Below, one piece after another: positions 1 to 9,732 of a DNA stretch of 37,403 nt (its first letter is position 1; each line of letters opens with the position of its first letter). The translations under genes were made by a program, and so were the position numbers. The DNA is from a virus (lineage: Duplodnaviria > Heunggongvirae > Uroviricota > Caudoviricetes): IMG/VR virus record IMGVR_UViG_2529293140_000005, positions 1-37,403 of that record. The stretch is one strand, 5' to 3'. A model generated the notes under the pieces. The model searched no databases. It was not told the DNA's origin and worked only from the letters and a program-made list of their open reading frames with translations.

Positions 1-230
<230 letters not shown>

Positions 231-240
231 ACGTTAAATC

Positions 241-306
241 TATCACCGCAAGGGATAAATATCTAACACCGTGCGTGTTGACTATTTTACCTCTAGCGGT
301 GATAAT
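241..306. promoter_or_regulatory. Right operator cluster oR3 (241..257), oR2 (264..280), oR1 (288..304) with PR promoter (-35 TTGACT 278..283, -10 GATAAT 301..306)
   Basis: Three 17-bp partially palindromic sites: TATCACCGCAAGGGATA, TAACACCGTGCGTGTTG, TACCTCTAGCGGTGATA. They lie between divergent cI and cro, with a 17-bp spacer sigma-70 promoter facing cro. Confidence 0.75.
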
Positions 307-321
307 GGTTGCATGTACTAA

Positions 322-531
<210 letters not shown>

Positions 532-538
532 GTAACAC

Positions 539-584
539 CGCTCTTTTCACAATGGACATTCGTCCTACGTCGCTGACAAAGCGA
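539..584 (+). promoter_or_regulatory. nutR-like site: boxA-like CGCTCTTTTCAC and boxB-like hairpin TCGCTGACAAAGCGA (570..584)
   Basis: Downstream of cro, as for lambda nutR. 5-bp stem with 5-nt loop. The N gene would lie outside the window. Confidence 0.4.
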
Positions 585-668
585 GCCCCAAGATATCTGA
601 CCAACTAAGGCCATATGCGTTTCCACGCATACCTTTCAACTAACTATTCACTATTGGAAAATTAACAA

Positions 669-965
669 ATGACACAAGCAAGTTACAGCAAGCCAACACA
701 GCGAGAAATTGATCGCGCAGAAACAGATTTACTCATCAACCTGTCAACGCTTACCCAGCGCGGTCTGGCAAAGATGATTGGCTGTCATGAATCGAAGATA
801 AGCAGAACGGACTGGCGGTTTATTGCTTCGGTCTTGTGTGCTTTCGGAATGGCATCAGACATCAGTCCGATTAGCAGGGCTTTTAAGTATGCGCTTGATG
901 AAATCACAAAGAAAAAATCCCCGGCCGCCACCGAGGATTTTAAGCAAATTGATATGCAATTCTGA
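669..965 (+). CDS. cII: CII-like transcriptional activator
   Basis: 98 aa, position after cro. C-terminus [17 protein letters not shown] resembles lambda CII KKRPAATERSEQIQMEF. HTH-like segment [15 protein letters not shown]. Confidence 0.6.
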   Translation: MTQASYSKPTQREIDRAETDLLINLSTLTQRGLAKMIGCHESKISRTDWRFIASVLCAFGMASDISPISRAFKYALDEITKKKSPAATEDFKQIDMQF

Positions 966-997
966 GGGAATTACTGGATCAATCCACAGGAGTAATT

Positions 998-1144
998 ATG
1001 ACAAAACAACTCAGTCCTTACCAGGACAAAATTCACAAACACATACTACGTGATCGCTTCCTGTCCAGCTTCAAGCAGCCTGGTCGATTCCGGGCTGAGT
1101 TGGAAAAAGTGAAGCTGATGCAGAAGGAGAAAGGTCATGAGTAA
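998..1144 (+). CDS. Small hypothetical protein (48 aa)
   Basis: ATG preceded by GGAG; the ORF ends inside the start of the O-like gene. No recognisable domain. Confidence 0.2.
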   Translation: MTKQLSPYQDKIHKHILRDRFLSSFKQPGRFRAELEKVKLMQKEKGHE

Positions 1145-2036
1145 CATATCTAATCTAGCCGAAGCCAGAGAGGCCAGAAGGCTCCAGCAACCGCATCAAA
1201 GCAGCGGTAAGGGGTATGCCTTGCTGCACCGTAAAATTATGGATGTGCCGTTTTACAAGGACGCAGAAGCAGCGCATCTGTGGGTTCACTTAATCCTCAA
1301 AGCAAAGCATACGCCTGAGTATGTAATGACTAACGCAGGAGAAATTCTGGTAGGCAGAGGGAAGCTACTTGGCGGTAGAAACTCTCTGGCGTTTGAAACA
1401 GGACTCAAACCAGATCGCGTTCAGTACCTGCTTAGAAAGTTCAAAAAACTCGGCATGATTGACTGGGTTTCACACGGTAAATTCTCAGTTTTCTCGGTAG
1501 AGAAATATGACGATTATCAGTCAAATTTTGTACCAGCAGATTACCAGCAAATTACCACCTCAAAGCCAGAAATACCAATGCCTGCAAGCAATACTGTACC
1601 AGCAGATTACCAGCAAATTACCACAGATAAAGAATATAATAATATTATCTCTAATACTGACGTATTAGAGAGTACCGCAGCAGACAAAAAGTCTGACAAG
1701 AAAAAACCTTCCGTCAGCTGTCAGGATGTTGTCGATGCTTACCACGAAATCCTTCCTGAAGCGCCAAGAATCCGCGCACTGAATGACAAGCGTAAAAACC
1801 AGATCCGAACGTTCTGGCGCAAAGCCGGAGTGATAACCCGCCAGCTTGACGGACATGGGTTCACGATGCAGGACTGGAGAAATTATTTGAGCTACGTAGG
1901 CGAAAATTGCCGATGGATGTTCGAAGAGCGCCCAAACCATCAACGCGGAACCGTCTGGCACAAAAAGGGATTTGATTTCCTGCTTAACGATAATACCTAC
2001 CTGAAAGTTCGTGAGGGTGAACACGATGACCGATAA
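1137..2036 (+). CDS. Replication initiation protein (lambda O-position analogue)
   Basis: 299 aa directly upstream of the helicase gene. Contains internal iteron repeats and an adjacent AT-rich tract, the same arrangement as lambda ori inside O. Confidence 0.65.
   Translation: MSNISNLAEAREARRLQQPHQSSGKGYALLHRKIMDVPFYKDAEAAHLWVHLILKAKHTPEYVMTNAGEILVGRGKLLGGRNSLAFETGLKPDRVQYLLRKFKKLGMIDWVSHGKFSVFSVEKYDDYQSNFVPADYQQITTSKPEIPMPASNTVPADYQQITTDKEYNNIISNTDVLESTAADKKSDKKKPSVSCQDVVDAYHEILPEAPRIRALNDKRKNQIRTFWRKAGVITRQLDGHGFTMQDWRNYLSYVGENCRWMFEERPNHQRGTVWHKKGFDFLLNDNTYLKVREGEHDDR
1530..1624 (+). repeat. Putative origin iterons: two exact 29-bp direct repeats GTACCAGCAGATTACCAGCAAATTACCAC (1530..1558, 1596..1624)
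   Basis: Exact duplicate seen in sequence (encodes [10 protein letters not shown] twice). Each copy contains ATTACCA sub-repeats. Followed by the AT-rich tract 1625..1660. Confidence 0.6.
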
Positions 2037-3462
2037 TTTTTATGCGCCGCCCCATAGCATCGAGGCAGAGCAGGCGGTGATTGGTGGATTGCTTCTGGAT
2101 GATGACAGCAGTGAGCGCGTCCAGAAAGTTCTGGCGATGCTGAAGCCCGATTCATTTTACAGCCGACCACACAAAATCCTTTTCGAAGAAATAACCAGAA
2201 TGCACCGGGAGCAAAAGCCAGTAGATGGCCTGACGCTTTTCGATGAACTGGAGCGTAAATCGTTAACGGTGTCTGTTGGCGGTTTTGCTTATATCGCTGA
2301 GATCGCAAAGAACACGCCAAGCGCAGCAAACATCGTTGCTTATGCAATGCAGGTTCGCGAAACCGCAATGGAACGCTACGCCATCAACCGCATGACTGAA
2401 GCGACGGAATTGCTCTATTCCCGCAACGGAATGACCGCAACACAGAAGTACGAAGCTATTCAGTCGATTTTCACGCAACTGACAGACCATGCAAAAACCG
2501 GATCGCGTCGCGGCCTTCGCTCATTTGGTGAGGTCATGGAAGACTGGGTTAGCGACCTTGAGAAGCGATTTGACCCGTCAGGCGAACAACGAGGAATGAG
2601 CACAGGGATCCCATCGCTGGACAGGATGCTGTCACCGAAAGGTCTGGTGAAAGGCTCTCTGTTTGTCATTGGCGCTCGCCCTAAGATGGGGAAAACGACG
2701 CTATACAGCCAGATGGCAATCAACTGCGCAGTGCATGAGAAAAAGCCCGCTCTGATGTTCAGCCTTGAAATGCCAGGTGACCAGATACTGGAAAAACTGG
2801 TAGGACAGAAGTCAGGTGTTAACCCGAATATTTTTTACCTTCCGGCGACAAATGACGCTGATGACGGCTATCAGGGTGATTACGATGGTGACTTCAACAG
2901 GGCGATCGAAACAGCAAATCGCTTGAGTGAAATCGACCTGCTTTACATCGACGACACGCCGGGATTATCTCTGGCTCAAATCGTCAGTGAAAGCCGTCGA
3001 ATCAAGCGAGAAAAAGGATGTGTTGGCATGATTCTGGTCGATTACCTGACACTAATGACCGCTGAGAAGGCCGATCGCAACGACCTTGCTTACGGCATGA
3101 TCACCAAAGGACTGAAGAACCTTGCCAAAGAGCTTGATTGCGTTGTTGTGCTTCTGACACAGCTTAACCGCGCATTGGAAAGCCGAACCAATAAACGCCC
3201 ATTACCAAGTGACTCGCGCGATACAGGGCAGATTGAACAGGATTGCGATTATTGGGTGGGGATCCATCGTGAAGGTGCTTTTGATGACAGTGTTCCACCT
3301 GGTGAAACCGAACTAATCCTTCGTCTCAATCGTCATGGCAATACCGGCACGGTGTATTGCATTCAGGCAAATGGCGCTATTTATGACACAGACCAACAGT
3401 CCGCTGAAATGCGCCGCCGTGAACGCGAGGAACCGCAATCCAAGAAGAAAGGAGGATTCTGA
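2026..3462 (+). CDS. DnaB-family replicative DNA helicase
   Basis: N-terminal SIEAEQAVIGGLLLD DnaB signature, Walker A GARPKMGKTT, Walker B ILVDYL. Start is ambiguous (2011 or 2026). Confidence 0.85.
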   Translation: MTDNFYAPPHSIEAEQAVIGGLLLDDDSSERVQKVLAMLKPDSFYSRPHKILFEEITRMHREQKPVDGLTLFDELERKSLTVSVGGFAYIAEIAKNTPSAANIVAYAMQVRETAMERYAINRMTEATELLYSRNGMTATQKYEAIQSIFTQLTDHAKTGSRRGLRSFGEVMEDWVSDLEKRFDPSGEQRGMSTGIPSLDRMLSPKGLVKGSLFVIGARPKMGKTTLYSQMAINCAVHEKKPALMFSLEMPGDQILEKLVGQKSGVNPNIFYLPATNDADDGYQGDYDGDFNRAIETANRLSEIDLLYIDDTPGLSLAQIVSESRRIKREKGCVGMILVDYLTLMTAEKADRNDLAYGMITKGLKNLAKELDCVVVLLTQLNRALESRTNKRPLPSDSRDTGQIEQDCDYWVGIHREGAFDDSVPPGETELILRLNRHGNTGTVYCIQANGAIYDTDQQSAEMRRREREEPQSKKKGGF

Positions 3463-3490
3463 TGACCATCTACATCACTGAGCTTGTAAC

Positions 3491-3519
3491 AGGCCTGCTG
3501 GTAATCGCAGGCCTTTTTA
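3491..3519 (+). terminator. Rho-independent terminator (tR2-position)
   Basis: AGGCCTGC / GCAGGCCT stem with 8-nt loop, followed by TTTTT. Lies between the helicase gene and ninB. Confidence 0.5.
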
Positions 3520-3538
3520 TTTGGGGGAGAGGGAAGTC

Positions 3539-3979
3539 ATGAAAAAACTAACCTTTGAAATTCGATCTCCAGCACATCAGCAAAACGCTATTCACGCAGT
3601 ACAGCAAATCCTTCCAGACCCAACCAAACCAATCGTAGTAACCATTCAGGAACGCAACCGCAGCTTAGACCAAAACAGGAAGCTATGGGCCTGCTTAGGT
3701 GACGTCTCTCGTCAGGTTGAATGGCATGGTCGCTGGCTGGATGCAGAAAGCTGGAAGTGTGTGTTTACCGCAGCATTAAAGCAGCAGGACGTTGTTCCTA
3801 ACCTTGCCGGGAATGGCTTTGTGGTAATAGGCCAGTCAACCAGCAGGATGCGTGTAAGAGAATTTGCGGAGCTATTAGAGCTTATACAGGCATTCGGTAC
3901 AGAGCGTGGCGTTAAGTGGTCAGACGAAGCGCGACTAGCTCTCGAATGGAAAGCGCGATGGGGAGATCGGGCTGCATGA
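3539..3979 (+). CDS. ninB: NinB recombination protein
   Basis: MKKLTFEIRSPAHQQNAIHAVQQILPDPTKPIVVTIQERNRSLDQNRKLW... matches lambda NinB as recalled. ATG at 3539 with a G-rich RBS. Confidence 0.85.
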   Translation: MKKLTFEIRSPAHQQNAIHAVQQILPDPTKPIVVTIQERNRSLDQNRKLWACLGDVSRQVEWHGRWLDAESWKCVFTAALKQQDVVPNLAGNGFVVIGQSTSRMRVREFAELLELIQAFGTERGVKWSDEARLALEWKARWGDRAA

Positions 3980-4503
3980 CTATCAAATCAAATACGCCAG
4001 CACACGACAAGGACTGCTGGCAAACGCCGCTTTGGCTTTTTGATGCACTGGATATTGAGTTTGGATTCTGGCTGGATTCGGCAGCGAGCGACAAAAATGC
4101 TCTGTGCGCTCACTGGTTAACTGAGGCCGACGACGCGCTAAATTCTGAGTGGATAAGCCACGGTGCAATCTGGAATAACCCACCGTACAGCAATATCAGG
4201 CCGTGGGTGGAAAAAGCCGCTGAGCAGTGCATACAACAGCGACAGACGGTAGTTATGCTTGTGCCAGAGGATATGTCAGTCGGATGGTTCAGCAAGGCTC
4301 TGGAGAGTGTCGACGAAGTTCGCATTATCACTGATGGGCGGATTAATTTTATCGAACCATCGACAGGGCTGGAGAAGAAGGGAAACAGCAAAGGCTCCAT
4401 GCTGCTGATTTGGCGACCGTTCATCAGTCCTCGACGAATGTTTACTACCGTATCCAAAGCGGCATTGATGGCGATCGGGCAGGGCGTCAGGAGGGCGGCA
4501 TGA
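3976..4503 (+). CDS. Phage DNA N6-adenine methyltransferase
   Basis: NPPY motif (WNNPPYSN); about 175 aa; nin-region position. Confidence 0.7.
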   Translation: MTIKSNTPAHDKDCWQTPLWLFDALDIEFGFWLDSAASDKNALCAHWLTEADDALNSEWISHGAIWNNPPYSNIRPWVEKAAEQCIQQRQTVVMLVPEDMSVGWFSKALESVDEVRIITDGRINFIEPSTGLEKKGNSKGSMLLIWRPFISPRRMFTTVSKAALMAIGQGVRRAA

Positions 4504-4682
4504 GGCGACAGCGACGAAGCATCACCGACATAATCTGCGAAAACTGCAAATACCTTCCAACGAAACGCTCCAGAAATAAACGCAAGCCAATCCCAAAAGA
4601 ATCTGACGTAAAAACCTTCAACTACACGGCTCACCTGTGGGATATCCGGTGGCTAAGACATCGTGCGAGGAAAACAAGGTGA
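4500..4682 (+). CDS. ninE: NinE
   Basis: [60 protein letters not shown], near-identical to lambda NinE as recalled. ATG overlaps the upstream stop. Confidence 0.8.
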   Translation: MRRQRRSITDIICENCKYLPTKRSRNKRKPIPKESDVKTFNYTAHLWDIRWLRHRARKTR

Positions 4683-4858
4683 TTGACCAAAATCGAAGTT
4701 ACGAACAAGAAAGCGTCGAGCGAGCTTTAACGTGCGCTAACTGCGGTCAGAAGCTGCATGTGCTGGAAGTTCACGTGTGTGAGCGTTGTATATATGAATG
4801 CTTAAATATGGTGGAACATAATGAGAAATATAAGCAACATAGACGAATTAAGAAATAA
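4679..4858 (+). CDS. ninF: NinF with a replaced C-terminus (disrupted by the downstream insertion)
   Basis: GTG start overlapping the ninE stop. (M)[34 protein letters not shown] matches lambda NinF; the sequence diverges after that point, at about nt 4785. Confidence 0.55.
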   Translation: MIDQNRSYEQESVERALTCANCGQKLHVLEVHVCERCIYECLNMVEHNEKYKQHRRIKK

Positions 4859-5327
4859 ATTATCATATGATGATGTTTTAGGTGTACTTAGATGGAAAGT
4901 GTCTCCTTCTAATAATGTTAAGGTTGGCAGTGTTGCTGGTTACATTAGGAGTGATGGTTATAGGATGTTAACTATCGATGGTGTAATTACTTATGCTCAC
5001 CACGTTATATGGATGATAAATAATGGTGAGATTCCATTAGGGTATAAAATTGATCATATAAATGGAGTAAGGTCAGATAATAGGCTATCTAATCTTCGAT
5101 TGGTTACACACCAACAGAATGCACAGAACCAAAAGAGAAAAATAACCAATTCGTCAGGAGTGACTGGAGTATATTTCAATAAAGAGAGATGTAAGTGGAT
5201 TGCGAATATATGCGTAGATGGGCGCACCAAATATCTTGGAATATTTGCTAGCATCATTGACGCTATTGCAGAAAGGAAGAGGGCAGAAAAAGAACTGGGT
5301 TTTCATGAAAACCATGGCAGACCATAA
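4821..5327 (+). CDS. HNH homing endonuclease with an AP2-like DNA-binding domain
   Basis: HNH motif region YKIDHINGVRSDNRLSNLRLVTHQQNAQN. C-terminal GVTGVYFNKERCKWIANICVDGRTKYLGIFASIIDAIAERKRAE resembles an AP2 domain. AT-rich relative to its flanks. Confidence 0.75.
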   Translation: MRNISNIDELRNKLSYDDVLGVLRWKVSPSNNVKVGSVAGYIRSDGYRMLTIDGVITYAHHVIWMINNGEIPLGYKIDHINGVRSDNRLSNLRLVTHQQNAQNQKRKITNSSGVTGVYFNKERCKWIANICVDGRTKYLGIFASIIDAIAERKRAEKELGFHENHGRP

Positions 5328-5388
5328 CTGCGCAGAACTGATGAGCGATCCGAATAGCTCGATGCACGAGGAAGAAGACGATGGCTAA
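5328..5388 (+). other. Displaced 3' remnant of ninF
   Basis: Reading 5329..5388 gives [19 protein letters not shown]-stop, the lambda NinF C-terminus as recalled. It is out of frame with, and separated from, the ninF 5' part. Confidence 0.5.
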
Positions 5389-5992
5389 ACCAGCGCGAAG
5401 ACGATGTAAAAACGATGAATGTCGGGAATGGTTTCACCCTGCATTCGCCAATCAGTGGTGGTGCTCTCCAGAGTGTGGAACCAGGATAGCACTCGAACGA
5501 CGAAGCAAAGAACGCGAAAAAGCGGAAAAGGCAGCAGAGAAGAAACGACGACGAGAGGAGCAGAAACAGAAAGATAAACTTAAGATTCGAAAACTCGCCT
5601 TAAAGCCCCGCAGTTACTGGATTAAACAAGCCCAACAAGCCGTAAACGCCTTCATCAGAGAAAGAGACCGCGACTTACCATGTATCTCGTGCGGAACGCT
5701 CACGTCTGCTCAGTGGGATGCCGGACATTACCGGACAACTGCTGCGGCACCTCAACTCCGATTTGATGAACGCAATATTCACAAGCAATGCGTGGTGTGC
5801 AACCAGCACAAAAGCGGAAATCTCGTTCCGTATCGCGTCGAACTGATTAACCGCATCGGGCAGGAAGCAGTAGACGAAATCGAATCAAACCATAACCGCC
5901 ATCGCTGGACTGTCGAAGAGTGCAGGACCATCAAGGCGGAGTATCAACAGAAACTTAAAAAACTGCGAAACAGCAGAAGTGAGGCTGCATGA
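5381..5992 (+). CDS. ninG: NinG (Rap) recombination protein
   Basis: [41 protein letters not shown]... matches lambda NinG as recalled. Confidence 0.85.
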   Translation: MAKPARRRCKNDECREWFHPAFANQWWCSPECGTRIALERRSKEREKAEKAAEKKRRREEQKQKDKLKIRKLALKPRSYWIKQAQQAVNAFIRERDRDLPCISCGTLTSAQWDAGHYRTTAAAPQLRFDERNIHKQCVVCNQHKSGNLVPYRVELINRIGQEAVDEIESNHNRHRWTVEECRTIKAEYQQKLKKLRNSRSEAA

Positions 5993-6660
5993 ATATCTAC
6001 GAAAGAATTGATGGCAGCAAATACCGAAATATTTGGGTAGTTGGCGATCTGCACGGATGCTACACGAACCTGATGAACAAACTGGATACGATTGGATTCG
6101 ACAACAAAAAAGACCTGCTTATCTCGGTGGGCGATTTGGTTGATCGTGGTGCAGAGAACGTTGAATGCCTGGAATTAATCACATTCCCCTGGTTCAGAGC
6201 TGTACGTGGAAACCATGAGCAAATGATGATTGATGGCTTATCAGAGCGTGGAAACGTTAATCACTGGCTGCTTAATGGCGGTGGCTGGTTCTTCAATCTC
6301 GATTACGACAAAGAGATTCTGGCTAAAGCTCTTGCCCATAAAGCAGAAGAACTTCCGTTAATCATCGAACTGGTGAGCAAAGGTAAAAAATATGTCATTT
6401 GCCACGCCGATTATCCTTGTGATGAATACGAGTTTGGAAAGCCAGTTGATCATCAGCAGGTAATCTGGAACCGCGAACGAATCGGCAACTCACAAGACGG
6501 GATCGTGAAAGAAATCAAAGGCGCGGACACGTTCATCTTTGGTCATACGCCAGCAGTGAAACCACTCAAATTTGCCAACCAGATGTATATCGATACCGGC
6601 GCAGTGTTCTGCGGAAACCTCACATTGATTCAGGTACAGGGAGAAGGCGCGTGGGCATAA
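5989..6660 (+). CDS. ninI: Ser/Thr protein phosphatase (lambda PPase)
   Basis: Calcineurin-like metallophosphatase motifs GDLHG, GDLVDRG, GNHE; near-identical to lambda NinI as recalled. Confidence 0.85.
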   Translation: MNIYERIDGSKYRNIWVVGDLHGCYTNLMNKLDTIGFDNKKDLLISVGDLVDRGAENVECLELITFPWFRAVRGNHEQMMIDGLSERGNVNHWLLNGGGWFFNLDYDKEILAKALAHKAEELPLIIELVSKGKKYVICHADYPCDEYEFGKPVDHQQVIWNRERIGNSQDGIVKEIKGADTFIFGHTPAVKPLKFANQMYIDTGAVFCGNLTLIQVQGEGAWA

Positions 6661-7139
6661 GAGAACTAAACCTCACCAAAGAACAGCATGAGTGGCTGAA
6701 TGGCTGGCTTGAACTGTGGGGCGCATGGGTTTATTCAGGTCGTCTGGAAAAGCGCATGAGCAGCGTAATAGCGAAGTTCATGGAGAGCGTAGAGCCGGGA
6801 AGAGTTATGACAAGGCCAATGTGTAATGATGATGATGGAATGTTGATTTCTCAGGTCGTCGATTCCGTCATGTGCATTGACAAGAAAGCCTTTGGCATCC
6901 TCCTCAGCTACTACGCTCATGGCTCTTCCAAGCACGCCATTGCATCTTACTATCATTGCGTCGCAAGACCTCGCAAGATGTTATGCCGTGGCGGTGGGCG
7001 CATTCAAAAACCATCGCTCGCAACCTGTCGACGGGAAGTTGACGAAATCCTTAATGCCTCGTTGTTTATGATTTACCCGGTTCTGGATAGTGCGTTTAAA
7101 AATCGGAAACGTGTAGAGAAAATTAAACATGTAGCATAG
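6651..7139 (+). CDS. Putative late-gene antiterminator (Q-position protein)
   Basis: 162 aa immediately upstream of a promoter-like sequence, a short terminated leader and the lysis genes. Cys/His-rich C-terminal half. It is not lambda Q; the assignment is positional. Confidence 0.45.
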   Translation: MGIRELNLTKEQHEWLNGWLELWGAWVYSGRLEKRMSSVIAKFMESVEPGRVMTRPMCNDDDGMLISQVVDSVMCIDKKAFGILLSYYAHGSSKHAIASYYHCVARPRKMLCRGGGRIQKPSLATCRREVDEILNASLFMIYPVLDSAFKNRKRVEKIKHVA

Positions 7140-7145
7140 AACGTG

Positions 7146-7226
7146 TTGACATCATTGAGCAAATGAGCAACACTATTCGCATAAGCTGCCGTTAGTGACT
7201 CTTAAGTTGCAACGGTGGCTTTTTTT
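7146..7226 (+). promoter_or_regulatory. Candidate late promoter (PR'-like; consensus -35 TTGACA at 7146..7151) with a short leader ending at a terminator
   Basis: Perfect TTGACA 7 bp after the Q-position stop. The -10 is not clearly identifiable. The layout resembles lambdoid PR'/qut/tR'. Confidence 0.35.
7185..7226 (+). terminator. tR'-like rho-independent terminator
   Basis: GCTGCCGTT ... AACGGTGGC stem (two G-U pairs) followed by TTTTTTT at 7220..7226. Confidence 0.45.
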
Positions 7227-7676
7227 GTTTGCACAACAGGTAAGAGCATTGAACCAGCAGACCTCGCGGAATTGGTGAAAGGTGCCGCGCAGTGCTCTTA
7301 TCGTTGTGGTGAAGCTCAATGGCGAGCTAGCAGATAGGCGACAGTGAAAATACTAGTCATGTAGCTGACCGCCGCGCGTACTGCAATCGGCAGCGCACCG
7401 ATGGAAGCCGGTTCGATTCCGGCCGCCACAACCCAAACTGAGCCGTAGCCACTGGCTATCCTGAATTCATCAGTGATAGTTACGCTGCGGACTTCTACAC
7501 ATGACCTTCGTGAAAGCGGGTGGCAGGAGGTCGCGCTAACAACATCCTGCCGTTTTGCCCGTGCATATCGATCACGAACAAATCTGATTACTAAACACAG
7601 TAGCCTGGATTTGTTCTATCAGTAATCGACCTTATTCCTAATTAAATAGAGCAAATCCCCTTATTGGGGCTAAGAC

Positions 7677-8000
7677 ATGAAGATGCCAGAAAAACATGAC
7701 CTGTTAGCCGCCATTCTCGCGGCAAAGGAACAAGGCATCGGGGCAATCCTTGCGTTTGCAATGGCGTACCTTCGCGGCAGATATAATGGCGGTGCGTTTA
7801 CAAAAACAGTAATCGACGCAACGATGTGCGCCATTATCGCCTGGTTCATTCGTGACCTTCTCGACTTCGCCGGACTAAGTAGCAATCTCGCTTATATAAC
7901 GAGCGTGTTCATCGGCTACATCGGTACTGACTCGATTGGTTCGCTTATCAAACGCTTCGCTGCTAAAAAAGCCGGAATAGAAGATGGTGGAAATCAATAA
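7677..8000 (+). CDS. S: Holin S (class I), with Met1-Lys2-Met3 dual-start motif
   Basis: [68 protein letters not shown]... matches lambda S as recalled. Confidence 0.9.
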   Translation: MKMPEKHDLLAAILAAKEQGIGAILAFAMAYLRGRYNGGAFTKTVIDATMCAIIAWFIRDLLDFAGLSSNLAYITSVFIGYIGTDSIGSLIKRFAAKKAGIEDGGNQ

Positions 8001-8460
8001 TCAACGTAAGGCGTTCCTCGATATGCTGGCGTGGTCAGAGGGAACTGATAACGGACGGCAGAAAACCAGAAATCATGGTTATGACGTCATTGTAGGAGGA
8101 GAGCTATTCACTGATTACTCCGATCACCCTCGCAAGTTTGTCACGCTAAACCCCAAACTCAAATCAACAGCCGCCGGACGCTACCAGCTTCTTTCCCGTT
8201 GGTGGGATGCCTATCGTAAGCAGCTTGGCCTGAAAGACTTCTCTCCGAAAAGCCAGGACGCTGTGGCACTGCAGCAGATTAAAGAGCGTGGCGCTTTGCC
8301 GATGATTGATCGCGGTGATATCCGTCAGGCAATCGACCGTTGCAGCAATATCTGGGCTTCACTGCCGGGGGCTGGTTATGGTCAGTTCGAGCATAAGGCT
8401 GACAGCCTGATTGCAAAATTCAAAGAAGCAGGCGGAACGGTCAGAGAGATTGAGGTATGA
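7984..8460 (+). CDS. R: Endolysin R (lytic transglycosylase)
   Basis: [51 protein letters not shown]... matches lambda R as recalled. Confidence 0.9.
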   Translation: MVEINNQRKAFLDMLAWSEGTDNGRQKTRNHGYDVIVGGELFTDYSDHPRKFVTLNPKLKSTAAGRYQLLSRWWDAYRKQLGLKDFSPKSQDAVALQQIKERGALPMIDRGDIRQAIDRCSNIWASLPGAGYGQFEHKADSLIAKFKEAGGTVREIEV

Positions 8461-8924
8461 GCAGAGTAACCGCGATTATCTCCGCTCTGGTTATCTGCAT
8501 CATCGTCTGCCTGTCATTGGCTGTTAATCATTACCGTGATAACGCCGTCGCCTACAAAGAGCAGCGCGATAAAAAAGTCAGTGAGCTGAAGCAGGCGACC
8601 GCCACCATTACTGACATGCAGCAGCGCCAGCGTGATGCTGATGCGCTCGATGCTAAATACACGAAGGAGTTAGCGGATGCGAAAGCTGAAAATGATGCTC
8701 TGCAGCGCAAGCTTGATAATGGTGGTCGGGTGCTCGTCAAAGGCAAGTGTCCAGTGTCAGCCGCAACCCAAACCACCGGCGCCGCCAGCATGGGCAATGA
8801 TGCCACCGTCGAACTCTCTGCAGTTGCTGGACGAAACGTTCTCGGTATCCGATCCGGAATCCTCAGCGACCAAACAGCCCTGAGGGCGCTGCAGGAATAC
8901 ATCACCACGCAGTGCCTGAAATAA
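8457..8924 (+). CDS. Rz: Rz i-spanin
   Basis: N-terminal TM segment and first ~80 aa lambda Rz-like; the C-terminal half is divergent. Confidence 0.85.
   Translation: MSRVTAIISALVICIIVCLSLAVNHYRDNAVAYKEQRDKKVSELKQATATITDMQQRQRDADALDAKYTKELADAKAENDALQRKLDNGGRVLVKGKCPVSAATQTTGAASMGNDATVELSAVAGRNVLGIRSGILSDQTALRALQEYITTQCLK
8677..8883 (+). CDS. Rz1: Rz1 o-spanin lipoprotein, embedded in Rz in the +1 frame
   Basis: [19 protein letters not shown] with lipobox VVGC followed by a Pro-rich segment; fully nested in Rz. Confidence 0.8.
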   Translation: MRKLKMMLCSASLIMVVGCSSKASVQCQPQPKPPAPPAWAMMPPSNSLQLLDETFSVSDPESSATKQP

Positions 8925-8925
8925 C

Positions 8926-8950
8926 AGCCTCGCAATAGCGGGGCTTTTTA
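8926..8950 (+). terminator. Rho-independent terminator after the lysis cassette
   Basis: AGCCTCGC / GCGGGGCT stem (one G-U pair), 4-nt loop, TTTTT. Confidence 0.5.
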
Positions 8951-9075
8951 ATGCGTATCGTACACGCAAACCATCGAGAGTCTTTCAGTCGTGAGCCTGA
9001 GGAACGCCGTTAAAGGTGGCGACCTCTCTCGGGCGGCGTTCCTGTACGACAGGCTCACACCTAAAGGAAAACAGC

Positions 9076-9672
9076 ATGAAAGTTATCAAGTATTGGAAAG
9101 TTCAGCTTCTGCAGTTGTCTCAGCCCTCCAGCAATCTTTCCGGCATTATCAATGCCCGCACTCTGGTCGAAAGCCTGTTGTTTGAGGGGTACTCGAAAGA
9201 TAAACCGAAAATTAACCTCGATTCCGGAGTAAATATTGAGTTATTTACAGCACCCGATTCGCTGGAAACCCGTATCTTTCGTAACCACCTCGTTGACAGT
9301 GTGCGTTGCTTCCCGGTGTGTGAAGATGATGGCGACAAAAGTGAGGGGGTAGACATTGCCATCCACCTTGAGCCTCAGATTTCCAAATGCCGAGCCGTCA
9401 TTGGTGGCGCGGGCGCAGCAAAGGCGCCAGAAAAAATCCATGACCATGCCTGTATTAACTGCTTCCTTGGTCGCGGTCCGTGCCTTGGTGACTGCCACGT
9501 TGCCGACGTTAATAAGGCTCGCAGCTCCTCCTTCGAAGACGTGGTGAAGCCCGTAATCAAATGGCTTAACGAAAACGCCAACCCTCATACATCAGTGAAC
9601 ATCGACGCAACCAGTGCTCAGCTGCTTACTGGTGAAATCGGCATTCACACGGAAGAGTTCATTAAGGACTGA
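9076..9672 (+). CDS. Hypothetical Cys-rich protein (putative zinc-binding), unknown function
   Basis: 198 aa from the ATG at 9076 (RBS AAAGGAAA). Cys/His cluster HDHACINCFLGRGPCLGDCH. Sits at the lysis/packaging junction. Confidence 0.5.
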   Translation: MKVIKYWKVQLLQLSQPSSNLSGIINARTLVESLLFEGYSKDKPKINLDSGVNIELFTAPDSLETRIFRNHLVDSVRCFPVCEDDGDKSEGVDIAIHLEPQISKCRAVIGGAGAAKAPEKIHDHACINCFLGRGPCLGDCHVADVNKARSSSFEDVVKPVIKWLNENANPHTSVNIDATSAQLLTGEIGIHTEEFIKD

Positions 9673-9732
9673 TCGGGCATTACAGAGCCACTTCCAGAGG
9701 TGGCTCGATAATGTCACAACGAGGTAAGGACT

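Noticed and set aside
823-1053. 76-aa + strand ORF overlapping cII
   Set aside because: Alternative frame of the cII-like gene; Pro/Arg-rich; no RBS.
3462-3542. 26-aa hydrophobic mini-ORF (MTIYITELVTGLLVIAGLFIWGRGKS)
   Set aside because: Its coding sequence is largely the terminator hairpin; possibly a real membrane peptide but cannot be supported from sequence alone.
4110-4634. 174-aa minus-strand ORF
   Set aside because: Antisense to the adenine methyltransferase and NinE genes, which match known lambda-type proteins.
7395-7430. Possible tRNA gene in the late leader
   Set aside because: A T-arm-like motif is present but I could not fold a complete cloverleaf; the acceptor partner lies about 125 nt upstream, too far for a tRNA.
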